A DNA stretch of 64,000 nt from Pseudomonadota bacterium (GTDB lineage Bacteria; Pseudomonadota; Gammaproteobacteria; Steroidobacterales; Steroidobacteraceae). A program made the position numbers and the translations under genes. The notes under the pieces are model-generated. The model worked only from the letters and a program-made list of their open reading frames with translations. It had not been told where the DNA came from and did no database searches. The stretch covers positions 22,447 to 86,446 of the forward strand of contig JAJYLP010000001.1 of NCBI GenBank assembly GCA_021787615.1, given 5' to 3'. Position 1 is the first letter of the stretch; each line of letters begins with the position of its first letter. This document shows, in pieces, positions 63,072 to 64,000 of this stretch.

Positions 63072-63103
63072 AGGCTCTTGCAGCAGAGCCTTTTTTTATT
63101 TTT
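63072..63103 (+). terminator. Intrinsic terminator
   Basis: The sequence is aggctct-tgcagc-agagcct followed by ttttttattttt. It is the clearest Rho-independent terminator in the window, and no annotated gene ends there. Confidence 0.6.
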
Positions 63104-63161
63104 ACCTCTCTCAGACACGCGGCAGCAGTAGACTGTTGCTGCGGCGGCGGTTGAATTCATC

Positions 63162-64000
63162 ATGACGAGCAGCAGCGGCAAGACATCTATCCAGCGGTCT
63201 CAAACACAAATGTTCGGACACACCCCCGGTACCGTAGTGCCAAACATCACATTGAACGAGAAGACGACCCATCTCGGCTCCGACGATGGTCTCATCCGCA
63301 AAACCGAGCTCATCATCAGCGGCGTGCTGCGCGGCGGCGTACTCCTGAGCGTTGCGGTGATACTCGCCGGCGTTTTCTATTACTACGCGCTGCGCATACT
63401 CGGCCGACTCCCCCCCTCAACCTTTCCGGATACGCTGGCGGAGGTTGGCGCAGGTCTCAGGGCTGCCGAGCCGGCAGCGATCGTGACTGCGGGCCTCCTC
63501 GTCCTTCTCGCTACGCCGGTGTTGCGGGTCGCCGTGTCGATTGTCGCCTTTGCGATCGAGAAAGATCGCACCTACGTCATCATCACCGCGATCGTTCTGG
63601 CGATCCTGCTGTTCAGCATCTTCGGAATCGGGGCCTATCTTGGCCGGCCGGGCCTGACGGATGTGTCGAACAGCACGTTCGGCGTCCTGGTCTTCATCGC
63701 ACTCAGCAGCGTGTTCGCCGGTTTTGTCGGCGCACTCGCCGGGCTCGGTGGCGGCGTGTTCATCGTGCCGATCCTGACGCTCATCTTTCACGTGTCTTTC
63801 GCCACCGCGATCGGCGCCTCCATCGTGTCCGTGATCGCCACATCCTCCGGCGCGGCGGCGGCCTATGTGCGCGATCGAATGACCAATCTCAGGGTCGGCA
63901 TGTTTCTCGAGATCGCCACGACGGCAGGAGCGGTCTGCGGCGCCCTGGTGTCATCCATGCTCAACGATACGGTGCTGTTCATCGTGTTCGGCGTCATTTT
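63162..64000 (+). CDS. Apparent DUF1634-like / TauE-SafE (DUF81) fusion membrane protein (3' end outside the window)
   Basis: I translated codon by codon from the ATG at 63162 to 63660, and read the rest less rigorously to the edge, and met no stop. The sequence runs MTSSSGKTSIQRS...LIISGVLRGGVLLSVAVILAGVFYYY...GLLVLLATPVLRVAVSIVAFAIEKDRTYVIITAIVLAILLFS (DUF1634-like). It continues VFAGFVGALAGLGGGVFIVPILTLIF...AIGASIVSVIATSSGAAAAY (TauE-like). It is absent from the ORF track because it is open-ended. Confidence 0.7.
   Translation, partial: MTSSSGKTSIQRSQTQMFGHTPGTVVPNITLNEKTTHLGSDDGLIRKTELIISGVLRGGVLLSVAVILAGVFYYYALRILGRLPPSTFPDTLAEVGAGLRAAEPAAIVTAGLLVLLATPVLRVAVSIVAFAIEKDRTYVIITAIVLAILLFSIFGIGAYLGRPGLTDVSNSTFGVLVFIALSSVFAGFVGALAGLGGGVFIVPILTLIFHVSFATAIGASIVSVIATSSGAAAAYVRDRMTNLRVGMFLEIATTAGAVCGALVSSMLNDTVLFIVFGVI

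Overview
Very GC-rich chromosomal window (judged by eye, not computed), most likely from a gammaproteobacterium. It is densely packed with housekeeping genes in classical syntenic blocks. These include lipA; murU-amgK next to lptD-surA-pdxA-rsmA-(usp)-apaG-apaH; putR/putA; rlmI-lgt-thyA-(SET)-kup-folA; and an isolated motAB pair. Further blocks are tsaC; dgkA; a tandem glycine riboswitch driving gcvT-gcvH-gcvPA-gcvPB; ispG; phhB; ubiI-ubiH-pepP-ygfB; zapA-6S RNA-5-formyl-THF cyclo-ligase; rpiA; djlA; purC-rpe; crp; coq7; and rplM-rpsI-tRNA-Gln. I saw no CRISPR array, no intact mobile element, no recognisable defence or toxin-antitoxin operon and no prophage. I cannot point to a convincing multi-gene novel system. 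The parts that ordinary annotation does not explain are listed here. (1) Two diverged, frameshifted solo TnpB (IS605 OrfB / IS1341-type) relics with structured 3' tails. (2) A 968-aa secreted Nma111/Deg7-type tandem HtrA protease. (3) A free-standing AT-rich cassette (sigma70-like promoter, SD, 17-codon Lys/Ala ORF MAKAKKKAAKKKAAKKK, two GC hairpins) between the 5-formyl-THF cyclo-ligase gene and rpiA. (4) A 1.7-kb poorly coding stretch downstream of tRNA-Gln, with an AT-rich core, one plausible orphan ORF, a 32-nt imperfect direct repeat and two intrinsic-terminator-like hairpins. (5) A PDZ/polytopic/GAF-like membrane protein with no output domain. (6) A SET-domain methyltransferase with a basic tail. 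(7) An apparent DUF1634-TauE fusion at the right edge. The many long ORFs antisense to real genes are GC-content artefacts. All family assignments come from reading motifs in the translations; no database search was run.
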